Shown in pieces: positions 12,421 through 26,785 of a DNA stretch of 64,000 bases. Each line of letters starts with the position of its first letter. Position 1 is the stretch's first letter. A program made the position numbers and the translations under genes. The notes beneath the pieces are model-generated. The model made no database searches and was not told where the DNA came from. It saw only the letters and a list, made by a program, of their open reading frames with translations. The stretch spans positions 8,494,001-8,558,000 of the forward strand of contig NC_043020.1 of NCBI RefSeq assembly GCF_006345805.1, in the 5' to 3' direction. This DNA is from Octopus sinensis (Eukaryota).

Positions 12421-12801
12421 GTTCACCTTCTTTCTTCTGAGTATCTTTCTCTCTTCCCCTCCCCCTCCCATCACTCCTAGTCATATTTTCCTATCTGCAA
12501 GCTAGTTTGAAAAAAAAAAAATGAACTAGTTCAGTGAAGCATTCTAAATAACCTTCATTCGTTCTCCATGACCGATGATACAGCGGGGATATTGCGTTAA
12601 ATCAGACAGATTCTCCTCCATGTCCATACCGAGAAAAGTCCAGCTCTTTCCCGGATAGCACTGGCTCAACAGCGCGGAAATAAAACCATTAGCTTTGTGA
12701 TGTTATGTCGCCATCTTAATACGCTCGTTGTTTCAAAATGGCGGCTTTAGGTTGAACGACCGAATCGTTGTTCCTTTATCAAAACGGGAGAGAAAATAAA
12801 C

Positions 12802-13197
12802 GTGGCTGTGTGGTAAGTAGCTTGCTAACCAACCACATGGTTCCGGGTTCAGTCCCACTGCGTGGCATCTTGGGCAAGTGTCTTCTGCTATAGCCCCGGG
12901 CCGACCAATGCCTTGTGAGTGGATTTGGAAGACGGAAACTGAAAGAAGCCTGTCGTATATATGTATATTTATATATGTGTTTGTGTGTCTGTGTTTGTCT
13001 CCCTAGCATTGCTTGGCAACCGATGCTGGTGTGTTTACGTCCCCGTCACTTAGCGGTTCGGCAAAAAGAGACTGATAGAATAAGTACTGGGCTTACAAAG
13101 AATAAGTCCCGGGGTCGAGTTGTTCGACTAAAGGCGGTGCTCCAGCATGGCCGCAGTCAAATGACTGAAACAAGTAAAAGAGTAAAGAAAGAGTAAA
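12802..13197 (+). mobile_element. SINE family A
   Basis: A box TGGCTGTGTGG, B-box-like GGTTCAGTCCC, full body and tail. Confidence 0.92.
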
Positions 13198-14036
13198 CAA
13201 GTGTAATAAGCAAACTAATATGGTATTTGGCACCGAACTAGGAATTTGTCGGTCCTGTACATGCCCGGCATTCATGCATCGACCCCACGAGGATAAAAAA
13301 CGAAGTTGTTAACGTTTCTGATATCACCGAACCCTATGTCCCGTCTTTAGTTTCTAGATTCGTAATTCGCTGGAATAGCCGCCATTCTTTTATATCCTCC
13401 TTCACACGCACCAGACGTAGATATCTCGTGCTGTCGAGGAGGCTGCTAAACGTGATAATTCAGCTTGCTAGAAATAGTAACCAAATCTCCCCTACTGTTT
13501 TTTTTTAAAGAAGCACGACACATCGGATAATGTCATTCTAGATACACTGTCTAAAATTAAGATGAGTTGAGAGTAGGAAGCCTCTATGTGGTCACTCAGT
13601 TTGCTAGAAATAGCAAACAAATTTGCTTCAGATAAGGCTTTGTCTTTAAAAAAAAAGAGAAGACGACTTTGAAATTAAGTTAGGTTAGTAACAGGTTGAA
13701 TAATATTGCTTTAGATGGATTGTCTGAAATTCAGATGGGTTGGTCAGCGCTAGAACCTCTTACACCAGATGTTTTCAGACTGTGTACGGTGATACTTTTA
13801 GTATTTTATCATTTTGTAAAAGCACCAAAGAATTTGACCAATACAATATTATTATTTAACTTTTATCATATTTCCTCATATTACTCATCGTAACTAACAA
13901 AAATTTGCTCCTTATAGAACCCACCATATGACGTGTAACACTCAAGTGTGTGTATATAAATAAATAAATATATATATATATATACACACACACTCAGAGA
14001 AAAGCGTTAAATGACAAGAGAGATTATGTAATGAAC

Positions 14037-14189
14037 TTCATTCGCTTACAGTTATTTCTGCTATAAGATACAATGTACTCATGTCCGAGTGCTTGTGCAT
14101 CACCTTATAGCTCCGTCGGAGGTTCACGCAAGCACTCGACTATGAGTGCAGTATTGCATCTTATAGCAGAAACGGCTGTAGGTGATGAA
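14037..14189. repeat. Imperfect fold-back element with ~68-bp arms
   Basis: 14037-14104 is the approximate reverse complement of 14121-14189, with shared cores ttctgctataagat and cgagtgcttg. Confidence 0.8.
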
Positions 14190-15184
14190 CACTCAATAAT
14201 ATATATATTGATGAACGCTCAACACATATGTATATATTAATGAACGCTGTTCGAGCTTTGCCCGAGTATAAATTTAGTAAAGTAAACGTGTATTTGCAAG
14301 CTGATTTAATTTCTGCAGAAACACGTGTTGGAATTTTACATTCTCAAAACATGATAATTTTTTTAAAATTTAATCAAAAATGTATAATTCCCCATGCTTT
14401 ACCATACACACACACATAAATGAGATTTGATATAAGGTTAAATTATAACTATCGTGTGTAGGTCATATTTATTGTCATGACCTCTAGTTGCAAACGTCTG
14501 CCCAACGTCGTATGACCAATAACACTTCAGCTGTTTTATGGCAGACGAGGCAAGGCTGTTTTCCTCCTTGGCAATGTATGACCTTGAGCTAAAAGTTTTT
14601 TTAAAAAATCAAACGTGACGAATTGCCTCAGATGTTTGAAATAGGTTTAATTACAACTCGAATTTTGAGTTCAAATCCCGTCGGCGAGGTCGACCCTGCT
14701 CCCCACCCCCACCCCCTTCTCGCTCTCTCTCGTTCTTTTTACCCCCCGGCTTCCCTCTGAAACCAGTAAGCTACACACTATCAGCTCCGTTCAGGTTTCA
14801 ATGTCGTACTTTGCGGTTCTGCTCTGCTCTCTCTCTTGTTACGTCACCTGTAGACGACTGGAGGAGGACGATGTCGGCAGAATCAGATACTCATTGCAGT
14901 GTTCGGTGCTGAGTCAGCTTATCGTGGCGGGGTGGTGTCGAGAGGCTGGGGGTCGAGAGAAAGAGAGAGAGACAGACAGACAGACAGAAAATGGGGTGTG
15001 GTAACGGAAAAGAGCATCTATATGTGTGCAATAAATATGTGTGTGTGTGTGTATAGACACACACACACACGCACGTTTGTGTATATAAGTGTATAAGTGT
15101 GTATACACACAATTTTATGTACAAAATTATTTGAAAGCGTACGCGAACGTGATGTATGTATATACATACTTATATGCATTTATG

Positions 15185-15235
<51 letters not shown>

Positions 15236-15266
15236 ATATATATATAGATGTGTATATATATATAGA

Positions 15267-15300
<34 letters not shown>

Positions 15301-15312
15301 GATGTGTGTGTG

Positions 15313-15361
<49 letters not shown>

Positions 15362-16083
15362 TGTGTGTGTATATATATATATTGATGTGTATATATATAG
15401 ATGTGTGTATATATATATATAGATAGATAGATAGAGAGATGTGTGTTTGTATTTATGTATATACATATATAATAGATGCGTGTATATTTGTGTATATATA
15501 TATGTGTATATATATAATACACACACACATACCCATAAATACATATTTTGTGTGTGTGTGTTGGAAGAGGAGAGCGGGTGAGCGAAGAAGGGAAGATGAT
15601 TTCACCTGGAATGATGCCAGCCACCACTAATTGACCAAAATCATTTCCTCTGTGATGAAGGAGCGGCCTCGATTGACGTCAGCGCAGAGGCTGAGCGAGA
15701 ATAGTAGAGTGCTGCTGGTGATGGAAGAAGAGGAGGAGGTGAGGATGGGTGAGAATAAAAAAAGAAAAAAATCCGCACGAAACGATGAAGAGAGTTACTC
15801 AGCTGTTTTTTGAGGGGAGGGATGAAGGATGAGGGGCTCATTAAAAAACAAAGAAACAAATGGAAAAATGAAAGGAAGACAAACAAAAAAAAAAACGGTT
15901 TGCGTAGGTTATAAGTGATGCTACAGCTCGGCCCTGACCTTATATGTGTGTGTGTGTGTGATGGGTTAAATGGATTGTAGAGCTTGACAGGAATTGTGGG
16001 AATGGAGTGACGTAGTAGAGCCTTAAGAAAAGAGGCGAATGATGATGGTATGTCGCGATGTGTGTTTATAAAGATAAAAAGGT

Positions 16084-16483
16084 GAGTGGCTGTGTGGTAA
16101 GTAGCTTGTTTACCAACCACATGGTTCCGGGTTCAGTCCCACTGTGTGGCACCTTGGGCAAGTGTCTTCTGCTATAGCCCCGGGCCGACCAATGCCTTGT
16201 GAGTGGATTTGGTAGACGGAAACTGAAAGAAGCCTGTCGTATATATGTATGCATATATATATATATGTGCGTGTGTGTGTGTTTGTGTGTCTGTGTTTGT
16301 CCCCCTAGCATCGCTTGACAACCGATGCTGGTGTGTTTATGTCCCCGTAACTTAGCGGTTCGGCAAAAGAGACCGATAGAATAAGTACTGGGCTTACAAA
16401 GAATAAGTCCCGGGGTCGATTTCATCGACTAAAGGCGGTGCTCCAGCATGGCCGCAGTCAAATGACTGAAACAAGTAAAAGAG
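16084..16483 (+). mobile_element. SINE family A
   Basis: Full-length match to the other copies. Confidence 0.92.
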
Positions 16484-16534
16484 TATATATATATATATCC
16501 CTCAATTAATCTATCTGTCTAAACATATAAGGGT

Positions 16535-16870
16535 GACCCCCCTCCACCTTCAGTCACGAATGACTGGGATTGTACCTAGAAAATTACCCTTCAAGGCACA
16601 AATCTGGACAGGGTTGTTTATGGAAGACCAGTAGTCGCCCATGCATACCAGCCTCCCCTCTTCATGCCATTGATTTGAACCAAAGGAAAGGCAAAGGGGT
16701 CGATACAGCTTGGAACCAGTGACTTTGCAACTCATTTCTACAGCTGAGTGAACTTGAGCAATGTGAAATAAAGTGTCTTGCTCAAGAACACAACACATAT
16801 CCCGGTTCGGGAATCGAACTCATTACCTCACGATTGTGAACCCGACGCTCTAACCACTGAGCCATGTGCC
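16535..16870 (-). mobile_element. tRNA-derived SINE with CORE-like domain, family D
   Basis: Head ggcacatggctcagtggttagagcg...gagttcgattccc has A and B boxes. It is followed by gtgttcttgagcaagacacttt...ctcagctgtagaaatgag, which resembles the CORE domain. Confidence 0.8.
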
Positions 16871-17426
16871 TAATCACCTCTCTAATCCATTTACTTATCA
16901 CTCCATCTCTTTCGCTTTCTCCCCTGACCCCATAGACAAGCATCTATACATTTCTCTACGGTATATATCAGCGGAACGATTTTACATATGAAATGAAAAA
17001 TTTTTTTTTTAATGTCTGTGTCTATATTTAAAGTTATATAGAAATACATATGTCTGTGCAGACACACACACATGCTTAAGTGTATACACGTGTGTGTGTG
17101 TGGTGTGTGTGTGTGTGTGACACATCGCCATCGGAGAATTTGTGCAATTTTTCTGGGATATCCACCTTCACGTCTAATTCGCAACACGTAATACAAAACT
17201 GCTCTAGATGTTCCGCCGACCGACAACACACAGACGAAGATATTATATAACATACACACACACATATACATATAGAGAGAGAGACAGAGAGACAGACATA
17301 CGCACACACATACATAGACACATATTCACACATTATTTATGTGATAAGTGTCGTTAACTATTTGATACGAGTGTATTCGAGTTCATCTTGTTCTCCAGTA
17401 GGTGTGTTTGCGTATATGTACATACA

Positions 17427-17483
<57 letters not shown>

Positions 17484-17785
17484 GGCTATGTGTATGTGCC
17501 CGTACACATGCATATATTCATAAATATGCACATACGCTCGCGTACACATATTTCCCTCTCCCTCCGTACCCCCCACACAGTATTTTCCCCTTCGCCAATA
17601 TATATCGTTACATCTCTAGTTTTTGACGAATGTGGCACTGAAATTTTGAAATTAAATTTTCTTTTTCTCTCTCTCTCTCTCTCTCTCTCATTTGCGCATG
17701 CGTCGATATATGTGTATCTCAGTAGATATAAGTTTACACACATATTAAAGTATGAACATAACACTGAACCGTCTCGTGTTCGTAT

Positions 17786-17835
<50 letters not shown>

Positions 17836-17838
17836 AGA

Positions 17839-17875
<37 letters not shown>

Positions 17876-17882
17876 GTATATA

Positions 17883-17915
<33 letters not shown>

Positions 17916-18990
17916 ATGTCTGCGTGTGCTAGTTCTTCAGTGCATTTCCAACTTAAACTGAGTTTTTGAATACTAAGAGAAAATGTGTTTTTTAATGTGA
18001 AACATGGCATCACAAGTTATCTAATATGTTTTGTCATAACGAAAGTCTTCAGTAACCGGACACGACCGTAAAGAATTATTTTCAGATATTGTGTGTGTGT
18101 GTGTGTGTGTGTAAACTACCAGTTGAGTGCTAGGTCGCCTCTCTCTCTTTTTCCTCTCTTTCTCTGGATGTGCCATTGACTCCAAGGAAATTGAGAGGTT
18201 GTCTATGTCTGCTCATGACTACATAGGCTCCTAAAACAATTAGCGAAAACATGGTACACGTTACCAAACCCTATTGGTTTGCGGTTGACAGCTGGCTCCT
18301 GTGTATAGCTGCCCTACCTACACAACTATTTTACCCGTCATAACTATTTTCTCACACGCTCTCTCTCCTTCCTGCGTTAAAATACAATCCATTGTTTACT
18401 AATTGTGTGTCTGTGTGTTGAACATTGATTGTGCAAATTAAAAGGGGAAAAAATGACGTTGAAAAATTTCCGCTGTCGGTCGTAGGTATGTACGTATCAT
18501 GTCGTCTGCTCAGGGTTTTTCCTGTGATATCTAATGACTGTTTCACCTGTAAAATTTTTTTCTCTCTCACTACTACTACCACCACCGCCATTACCAACCA
18601 CTATCACCATCACTGCCACCACCACCACCGCCAACATCACCACCGCCACTATTACCATCACCACTTACATCACTCCGACAATCTAACGCCACCGCCATGA
18701 TCGCTATCACAACCCAACGATCAATCGACACATCTACAGAAGACTCACTTTCTTTGAAGTCGCCATTTCTCTAATGCAGCTTCGTGTTTTTTTTTACAGT
18801 TCGTCTTTTTTTATTATTTCATTTATGGCCCTCCCCAACGCTTCGTCATCACTCCTTAAACATCTGTCCAGTGTCTGTTGTTGTTGTTGGCGTTGACGGC
18901 GTTTTGTGATAGTGGTGGTTAGCCCGATTAAGTAGGTATTTAAGGAGAATTCCTTCAGTGACAATCCTATCTTTTTTGTTTTATCTAGGA

Positions 18991-19707
18991 CTGCAACTCT
19001 CAACCATTTTTTTTTTTTTATCTATGAACCCCTTTGATTCCTATCCTATTTTGATGGACTCCCATAGCTATTCAAATGTTTAAAAATTAGTTTTATAGAT
19101 ACGTCTTTCAAAATTCCTATTTTGTTTCCCTTGTGGAGGCGCAATAGCCGAGTGGTTAGGGCAGCGGATTCGCGGTTTCGATTCCCAGACCGGGCGTTGT
19201 GAGTGTTTATTGAGCGAAAACATCTAAAAAGCTCCACGAGGCTCCGGCAGGGGATGGTGGTGATCCCTGCTGTACTCTTTCACCACAACTTTCTCTCTCA
19301 CTCTTACTTCCTGTTTCTGTTGTACCTGTATTTCAAGGGGCCGGCCTTGTCACTCTCTGTATCACGCTGAATATCCCCGAGAACTACGTTAAGGGTACAC
19401 GTGTCTGTGGAGTGCTCAGCCACTTACACGTTAATTTCACGAGCAGGCTGTTCCGTTGATTCGGATCAACCGGAACCCTCGTCGTCGTAACCGACGGAGT
19501 GCTTCCTTATTTTGTTTCCCACACGCTCACTTCTGTAGGTTGAACTACGTAAAACTTTAAAGAAAGATACCAAGCTCGTTCCTGCAATAAATACAAGTAA
19601 AGCATTTTTTTCCCCCTCATAGACCGTTAAAATTCTACTGTGTTCCCAATTATTTTGCTTGCGTGGACCCTCAAAAATCTTATATGAACCCCGGTTGAGA
19701 ACCACTG
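18991..19707 (+). mobile_element. hAT/Charlie-like MITE interrupted by a SINE
   Basis: Right end ggttgagaaccactg and a degenerate left end. The 8-bp flanks atctagga/atttaaga match at 6/8. An uninterrupted relative is at 45197-45412. Confidence 0.65.
19135..19507 (+). mobile_element. SINE family C with 13-bp TSD
   Basis: tattttgtttccc at 19118-19130 and 19508-19520, plus a tRNA-like head. Confidence 0.9.
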
Positions 19708-19975
19708 ATTTAAGACAGTGTATCTAGCCCTACTTTATCGAATGTACTCTTCCTTTTTTAAGACTGGTGTAATAGTAAAATAATTATGCATAACTACATT
19801 AGTATGCCGCCTCCCCCGTCTTTGTCACCTCATAACTTTCTGAAAAATGAGTTTTTTTTTTTTATGAAATTTTCTACGAATACCTTTCTGCTGATGTAGA
19901 TTCTGATTACACTGGAATTTATTGGGGGAGGGGAATTAGCAGGTGCACACATACTTACTGACACACATAATTTAA

Positions 19976-20027
<52 letters not shown>

Positions 20028-21779
20028 CCAAATTAAACTTGAAAAAATTGTGATGTATGTCAGTATGTATGTATACGCGCCCGCCAAGTCTTTTTTTTTT
20101 CACATTAAATTCCCATACAGTCGTAACTACACCATCTAAAACGTATTAGTTGTAGAAAGTTTCATTAAATATGCCTATATTTTTCTGAAAGATATGAGGA
20201 AACAAAATCGATTCGTTTGAATTATCCGAAACTCTTCTTCCCGTTCCACCATGTCCGAAAATGTTTTCACATTGAAGTCCGCTAAAATTGCTTTCTAGGC
20301 CGTATTTGTTGTAGAAAATTTCATTAAAATTATCCATTTCTCTAACAATTATTACGAAATAAAGCCGGGAATGTGCAACCTGTGTAGATATGCCAAAATT
20401 TTCTGGGAATCGAGCTTAGAATTGGGAGAGGAGTGCAATTTTTTTTTTCCTTTCTTTAATCTGAATTTTGTGTACAAAACGTTTTATCACTCAATTCCTC
20501 TCTAACCAGAGTCTGCATTTTTCTCGTGATACGGAGTGCGAGAGTAAAAATTATTCGGCATGATGTCATTTCAAAGAGATTTTGCTGTTATTTCTAACAA
20601 GTCGATTGATCATGTAGCGGTTCAAGATAGTGGGATGAGATTTGAGAGATTTGGGAGTTATTTCTAGCTGATTGAGCGACCACGTTGAGACTCCTTCGTC
20701 GGCGTATTACAAACGTTATGTATGTATATTGTGTTGTGTCCTACAGTGGTGGGGAGCGTACTGCTTAGACAAATGCTGTTTCTAGTTTATGATTTTTAAC
20801 GTTTGACCGTCGTTCCAGCCGTGACGCTTTGACACACTTGTTCCAATTTCATTGAAATTTTCTATACACGTAGTTTTTTTTATGCCAGTTACAAAATGAA
20901 AACCATTTGGATAAGAAATAATAATAATAACCTTACAAGTCTTTAAAGATTGAATTTTTTAAAATAATTTTAGCCAATCAGATTCATTCATTTTTGACAT
21001 ACCATCCAGCAGACGATAGCATTTGCCATATTATTTGTATACGTTCCCATAGCAACTACTTATGACTATTTTTGAGGTCAGGCTAATAGAAAGGGTTTGT
21101 AGTGCATAACAAAATTTCATTCTCAAATGTAAATAACTAGTTTTCTTTCGTTTTCTTTCATTAAATATTTCTACCTTTTGGCATATCTACACAAATGTGG
21201 CCCCCTCATAACTACTTCATAAGTTTAAGAAAAATAGATATTTTTAAATGAAATTTTCCACAAATACCTTTCAGATGTATAAAAATAAGAAAGAAACATG
21301 TTTCGTAGCGTCGCGTCTCGAAAACAGAAAAAAAATTAAACAGAATTAGTTAATCTGATCATTTATTCTCTTACACACCATGGCGATGTTATTGAAAACG
21401 CTAAAATTATATAAAATTCAATCTTAAAAGTTTGTAAATTTCTTAATATTAATTTCTTGAAAAACTGGTGGTGCTTTTAGTAATTACGAAAAAATCGAAA
21501 CAAGTGTTAAAACTAAAAACGAAAATAGAAAAATATGACTATATTCTTTTTTTATTTATTTTTTCCTGACGTATATCCAGTACAGAATTGTCAGTATATT
21601 CAATCAGGCGATAAGGGTGAGGTACAGAGGGAGATTTGGCTGCTATTTCTAGTTAGTAGGTCGAATAAACACATGGTCTTCAATATGTGTTTGTGCTTTC
21701 GAGTGCTGTATCCATGTTGCGTGTGTGTGTGTATCTTTGTTGAGTGTATGTGTGTTTGTTGTATGTGCTTACATATTGT

Positions 21780-22130
21780 CTATATTCTGGACAAATCCAA
21801 AATGCCGAAGGTCGCATTGTACTGCGAGCTCGGCCAGAGTAAAAGAGACAGGGGAGTTCTTTGGAAGCGTTTGAAAGACGTCTGCAAAGCCTGCTCACCC
21901 GGACAGGAATAGACCTATAGGGGTGGGAGGGGGTCGAAGTACAGAGGAAGGTGTGGTTAGATTGTAACCAGACGGTTGCAAGCAACTTTTGAGACATCCA
22001 GAGCAACTGCGACGGATGAGAAACGCCAAAAAAAGGAAAGACTCGTCGTCTTGCCCCAAGTGCACACGAGACTATCGTTCAAAAACCGGTTCGTGTACCC
22101 TCTTAAGAAGAGCCTGTCGCTCTTTCTCGT
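21780..22130 (+). mobile_element. RTE-clade LINE ORF2 C-terminal remnant
   Basis: SKMPKVALYCELGQSKRDRG..KRLKDVCK, then after frameshifts EKRQKK and SCPKCTRDYRSKTG (zinc-finger-like). This fits RTE C-termini. Confidence 0.7.
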
Positions 22131-22192
22131 GGACTTCGGACTAGAAGACCTGCCATCGTATGTTGCAGACCTGATCGTATGTGTGTATGTGC

Positions 22193-22371
22193 AGGGGCGT
22201 AGCTAGGGTGGGACAAATAGGGCACATGCCTTGGGCACCTCTTTGAAGGGACGAAATTTTGGCCAAGATCATTTTCTAGTTAAGCCATTTCTATGCGAGT
22301 TTCCACTACTTGGTGGTGGTGGCGCAATTTTGATGCTTGCCCTGGGCACCATTTATCCTAGCTATGCCCTT
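22193..22371. mobile_element. MITE with aggggcgtagctagg TIRs (possibly Harbinger-like)
   Basis: The left end aggggcgtagctagg matches the reverse complement of the right end (aagggcatagctagg) at 13/15. No clear TSD. Confidence 0.5.
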
Positions 22372-22881
22372 GTGTGTGTGTGTGTGTGTGTGTGCATTCG
22401 AGTAAGAACGTTTCAAAATTTGACACAAGGATGAAAGGCAAGGTTGACGTCGGCCGAATTCTGCTAGAGAGAACCGAACCCCGAGCCTCTCAAATTCCGG
22501 TTAAGCGTCCTGTACCCATTAAGCTAAGCAACTCTTGACATACATGTTTAGCATATCATTTTATGAGCTTGGTTCAGTGTGAGTCGGTGTCTGTTTCTAT
22601 ATCAGTATCTTTGTGTATTGGGCTATGTGTGTGTGTGTTTAGGAGCATGTTTCTTTATGTTGTCTGAAGTCATATATGTATGTAAGAATGTGTACTTTGT
22701 ATGCCGCCTGTAGTGTCTATGTGTGCGCGTGTCAGTTTGTGTTCGTGTCAGCACACTCGTAACCAAATACGAACTTACATTCCTCCCCCAATCACCACCC
22801 AAAAAAACTATTGCAGTATTTCGCTTTTTCCAACAGTGTATATGTTATAAAAGGCAAACGAAAACGGACGTGTATCTATTT

Positions 22882-22931
<50 letters not shown>

Positions 22932-23274
22932 CATACATACACACACACGACATGCCGAAATATCACTCAATACACCTGACATAACATGAAATCTGTCAAA
23001 TCTATCAGTCAACTGACTGGACGGACGGGGTCACACACACGCACAGTATGTATGTGTGTGTGTTGAGAAGCCTTTTATGTGTGTGTACGTGTATGTGTGT
23101 GTATGTACACATACACCCGTATGTATATACGGATTAGAAGTGCGCTAAGCGGTGATTTATCTAAACTTGTCACCAGTTCAAATACGCCCCACACATATTC
23201 GAACCTGTAAGGCAACAACAATAAATAAAAAAAAAAGCATTCTCGCTGTAGTCGATAAGGTGTGAAACATACCA

Positions 23275-23660
23275 AATCGCCGTGTGGTAAAGAAGTTTGC
23301 TTCCCAACCACATGGTTCCAGGTTCAGTCCCATCGTGTGGCATCTTAGGTAAGTTTCTGCGACTCTAGTCTCAGGCAGACCAAAACCTTGTGAGTGGACT
23401 TGGTAAATGGAAACTGAGAGGAATCCTGTCACGTGTGTGTGTGTGTTTTTTCTGTCCTCCCCCAGCAGCAGCACCACCGCTTGACAATCAGTGCTGGTTT
23501 GTTTACGTCCCCTAATGCAGCGGTTCGGCAATAAAGACGAACAAATAAGAATAAATTTACAAACTTAAATTAAGTCCTGGGGGTCGATCTGTCCGACTAA
23601 AACCATTCACCACGGTGCCCCAGCATGGTCGCTGTCCAGTGACTGGATCAAGCGATAAAC
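23275..23660 (+). mobile_element. Diverged SINE family A copy
   Basis: Recognisable head, body and tail with many substitutions. Confidence 0.75.
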
Positions 23661-24153
23661 ATGTGGTATGGTATGTTCCTTGTTTAAAAACAATATGAAG
23701 TTGAAAGTACTCAATACATGGCGATAGTGTATATATTTATTTTAAACGATGACAATCACATCTCTTGTATTAGCCATTGTTACTTCCTGTTGAGAGTGAA
23801 TGTGGCGCGTAGGAAGAAAGAGATTTTGTATTTCTTTTTATAGTTCTATAAGTTTTGGTTCTAATTTTATCGTGTGGCCTCATTTCAGTGAGAGTCGAAC
23901 GCAGCGCGTGGAGAGTCACACACGTGACATGTGAAAGCGAAATCGTACTTAATTTCTGCTGTTCAACCACCATTTCTGAAATTTTAAAAATGACGCTTCC
24001 ACATTGATTGTGTGTATATAATCTAAACTGTCCGTCGAACGGGAACGTGAAACTCTGAGTAGCAGTAATTTTTGTGTAATTATTGTAGCTTTAAAAATTA
24101 TAAAGTGTATCGTTGGCGATTTTCTTTCTCCGTCTTCCTTTCCTTTTTCTGTG

Positions 24154-24186
24154 TTTCTGACGAAGAGCTCCGCTCGAAACGTTAAA
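24154..24186 (+). ncRNA. Minimal type-I hammerhead ribozyme motif, intact core
   Basis: ttt-CTGACGA-a-gagc(tcc)gctc-GAAAC-GTT-aaa. Stem III is the palindrome AACGTT. Same family as 63-100. Confidence 0.65.
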
Positions 24187-24217
24187 ATCCTCCTTCTTTC
24201 TTTGTTCACGTTTGGAT

Positions 24218-24274
<57 letters not shown>

Positions 24275-24920
24275 GTTCTTTACAGTGTTGTTAGCCTGGT
24301 GTATTAACAGAGAGCTTATAAAGTATTTTGCTCGGATTGATAATCCTTCACCAACACGTTTACTACAGAAGTAGGTTGTGATTTGAGGGATATTTGTCAG
24401 TTATGTCCATCAGGTAGTCGAACCACGTAAAGGTTCGTGGTTGCTCGTAAGGGCTCGTCTGAAGTCAGCTCTCAATAGACCAGGGATCTTGGTTTACAAT
24501 TATGTTTTCTTTTGACACATTCTACCAGTATACGAAGTTTCAAATTGTTTAGTTAACTAGGAAAATCTGGCCTTCAAACTGAAAAGATCCTAGACCATTC
24601 AGAACTATTGGGTTGGTGCATAATTATTGCGGCTTTTTTTTTTTTTTTCAAACAAATTTTATTCATCAAAAACAAACATCTTTAAATGATTATTCCGGTC
24701 AAACCGTCATTTAACGATGCTTTTGTTAAATATTGTTTTTGTTGAATAAATTTGTTGGAAAAAAAAAAAAAAGCCGCAGTAATTATGCACCAACCCAATA
24801 TTATTCCATGAACACTCGGGTATTTTTTTCCCTAACATTTGAGATTTGGCACAAAAAAGCTTCTGCTCTGCTCTGCTCTGCTCTGCTCTGCTCTGCTCTG
24901 CTCTGCTCTGCTCTGCTCTG

Positions 24921-24955
<35 letters not shown>

Positions 24956-25043
24956 AATCTTTGCTTCCTTTAATGCCGACTTTAGTATCAATGTGTGTAC
25001 GTGCATGCGTACGTCTGGTCTACATGTGTGTGTTTGTGAGTGT

Positions 25044-25080
<37 letters not shown>

Positions 25081-25557
25081 CCAGGCAGTGTCAGCTTAGG
25101 GCTGTGGGCAAGTACACACTTGGTCCATTGTTAGGGCCAAGCGAGAGTAGCAGGTAGTGGTGGTGGTGGTGGCGGTGGCGTGTTCATTACCGGGAGCTGG
25201 GGGGGAGAGGATAGGTGCAGTGAAGGGGGGGGGGGGGGATTAGTAGCTGATAAATTCCAACAACAACCACAACAACAACGAGACCAATGTTTCGTTGTCT
25301 GGATGTCGTCACGCCCACATTTAATAGATAGGGAGGAGATAGACGAACCCCACACATACGGACACCTTGGGCCGGCGTTATAGACACACAGACAGACAGA
25401 TAAGATAGGACAGAGAGTGCGTGTTTAAAAAAAAAAAAAAACTAGACATTCTGTGCATACTCCCACTTACGTTTGTGTGTGTATATATATAAACATTACT
25501 TTATACATACATGCAAACAGACACATATAGACCTATATATATATATATATATTATAT

Positions 25558-25595
<38 letters not shown>

Positions 25596-26308
25596 GTTCT
25601 TTACAGTGTTGTTAGCCTGGTGTATTAACAGAGAGCTTATAAAGTATTTTGCTCGGATTGATAATCCTTCACCAACACGTTTACTACAGAAGTAGGTTGT
25701 GATTTGAGGGATATTTGTCAGTTATGTCCATCAGGTAGTCGAACCACGTAAAGGTTCGTGGTTGCTCGTAAGGGCTCGTCTGAAGTCAGCTCTCAATAGA
25801 CCAGGGATCTTGGTTTACAATTATGTTTTCTTTTGACACATTCTACCAGTATACGAAGTTTCAAATTGTTTAGTTAACTAGGAAAATCTGGCCTTCAAAC
25901 TGAAAAGATCCTAGACCATTCAGAACTATTGGGTTGGTGCATAATTATTGCGGCTTTTTTTTTTTTTTTTCAAACAAATTTTATTCATCAAAAACAAACA
26001 TCTTTAAATGATTATTCCGGTCAAACCGTCATTTAACGATGCTTTTGTTAAATATTGTTTTTGTTGAATAAATTTGTTGAAAAAAAAAAAAAAGCCGCAG
26101 TAATTATGCACCAACCCAATATTATTCCATGAACACTCGGGTATTTTTTTCCCTAACATTTGAGATTTGGCACAAAAAAGCTTCTGCTCTGCTCTCTCTC
26201 TCTCTCTCTCTCAAGTTCAATCTTTGCTTCCTTTAATGCCGACTTTAGTATCAATGTGTGTACGTGCATGCGTACGTCTGGTCTACATGTGTGTGTTTGT
26301 GAGTGTAC

Positions 26309-26339
<31 letters not shown>

Positions 26340-26785
26340 CCAGGCAGTGTCAGCTTAGGGCTGTGGGCAAGTACACACTTGGTCCATTGTTAGGGCCAAG
26401 CGAGAGTAGCAGGTAGTGGTGGTGGTGGTGGCGGTGGCGTGTTCATTACCGGGAGCTGGGGGGGGGAGGATAGGTGCAGTGAAGGGGGGGTGATTAGTAG
26501 CTGATAAATTCCAACAACAACCACAACAACAACAAGACCAATGTTTCGTTGTCTGGATGTCGTCACGCCCACATTTAATAGATAGGGAGGAGATAGACGA
26601 ACCCCACACATACGGACACCTTGGGCCGGCGTTATAGACACACAGACAGACAGATAAGATAGGACAGAGAGTGCGTGTTTAAAAAAAAAAAAAAACTAGA
26701 CATTCTGTGCATACTCCCACTTACGTTTGTGTGTGTATATATATAAACATTACTTTATACATACATGCAAACAGACACATATAGA

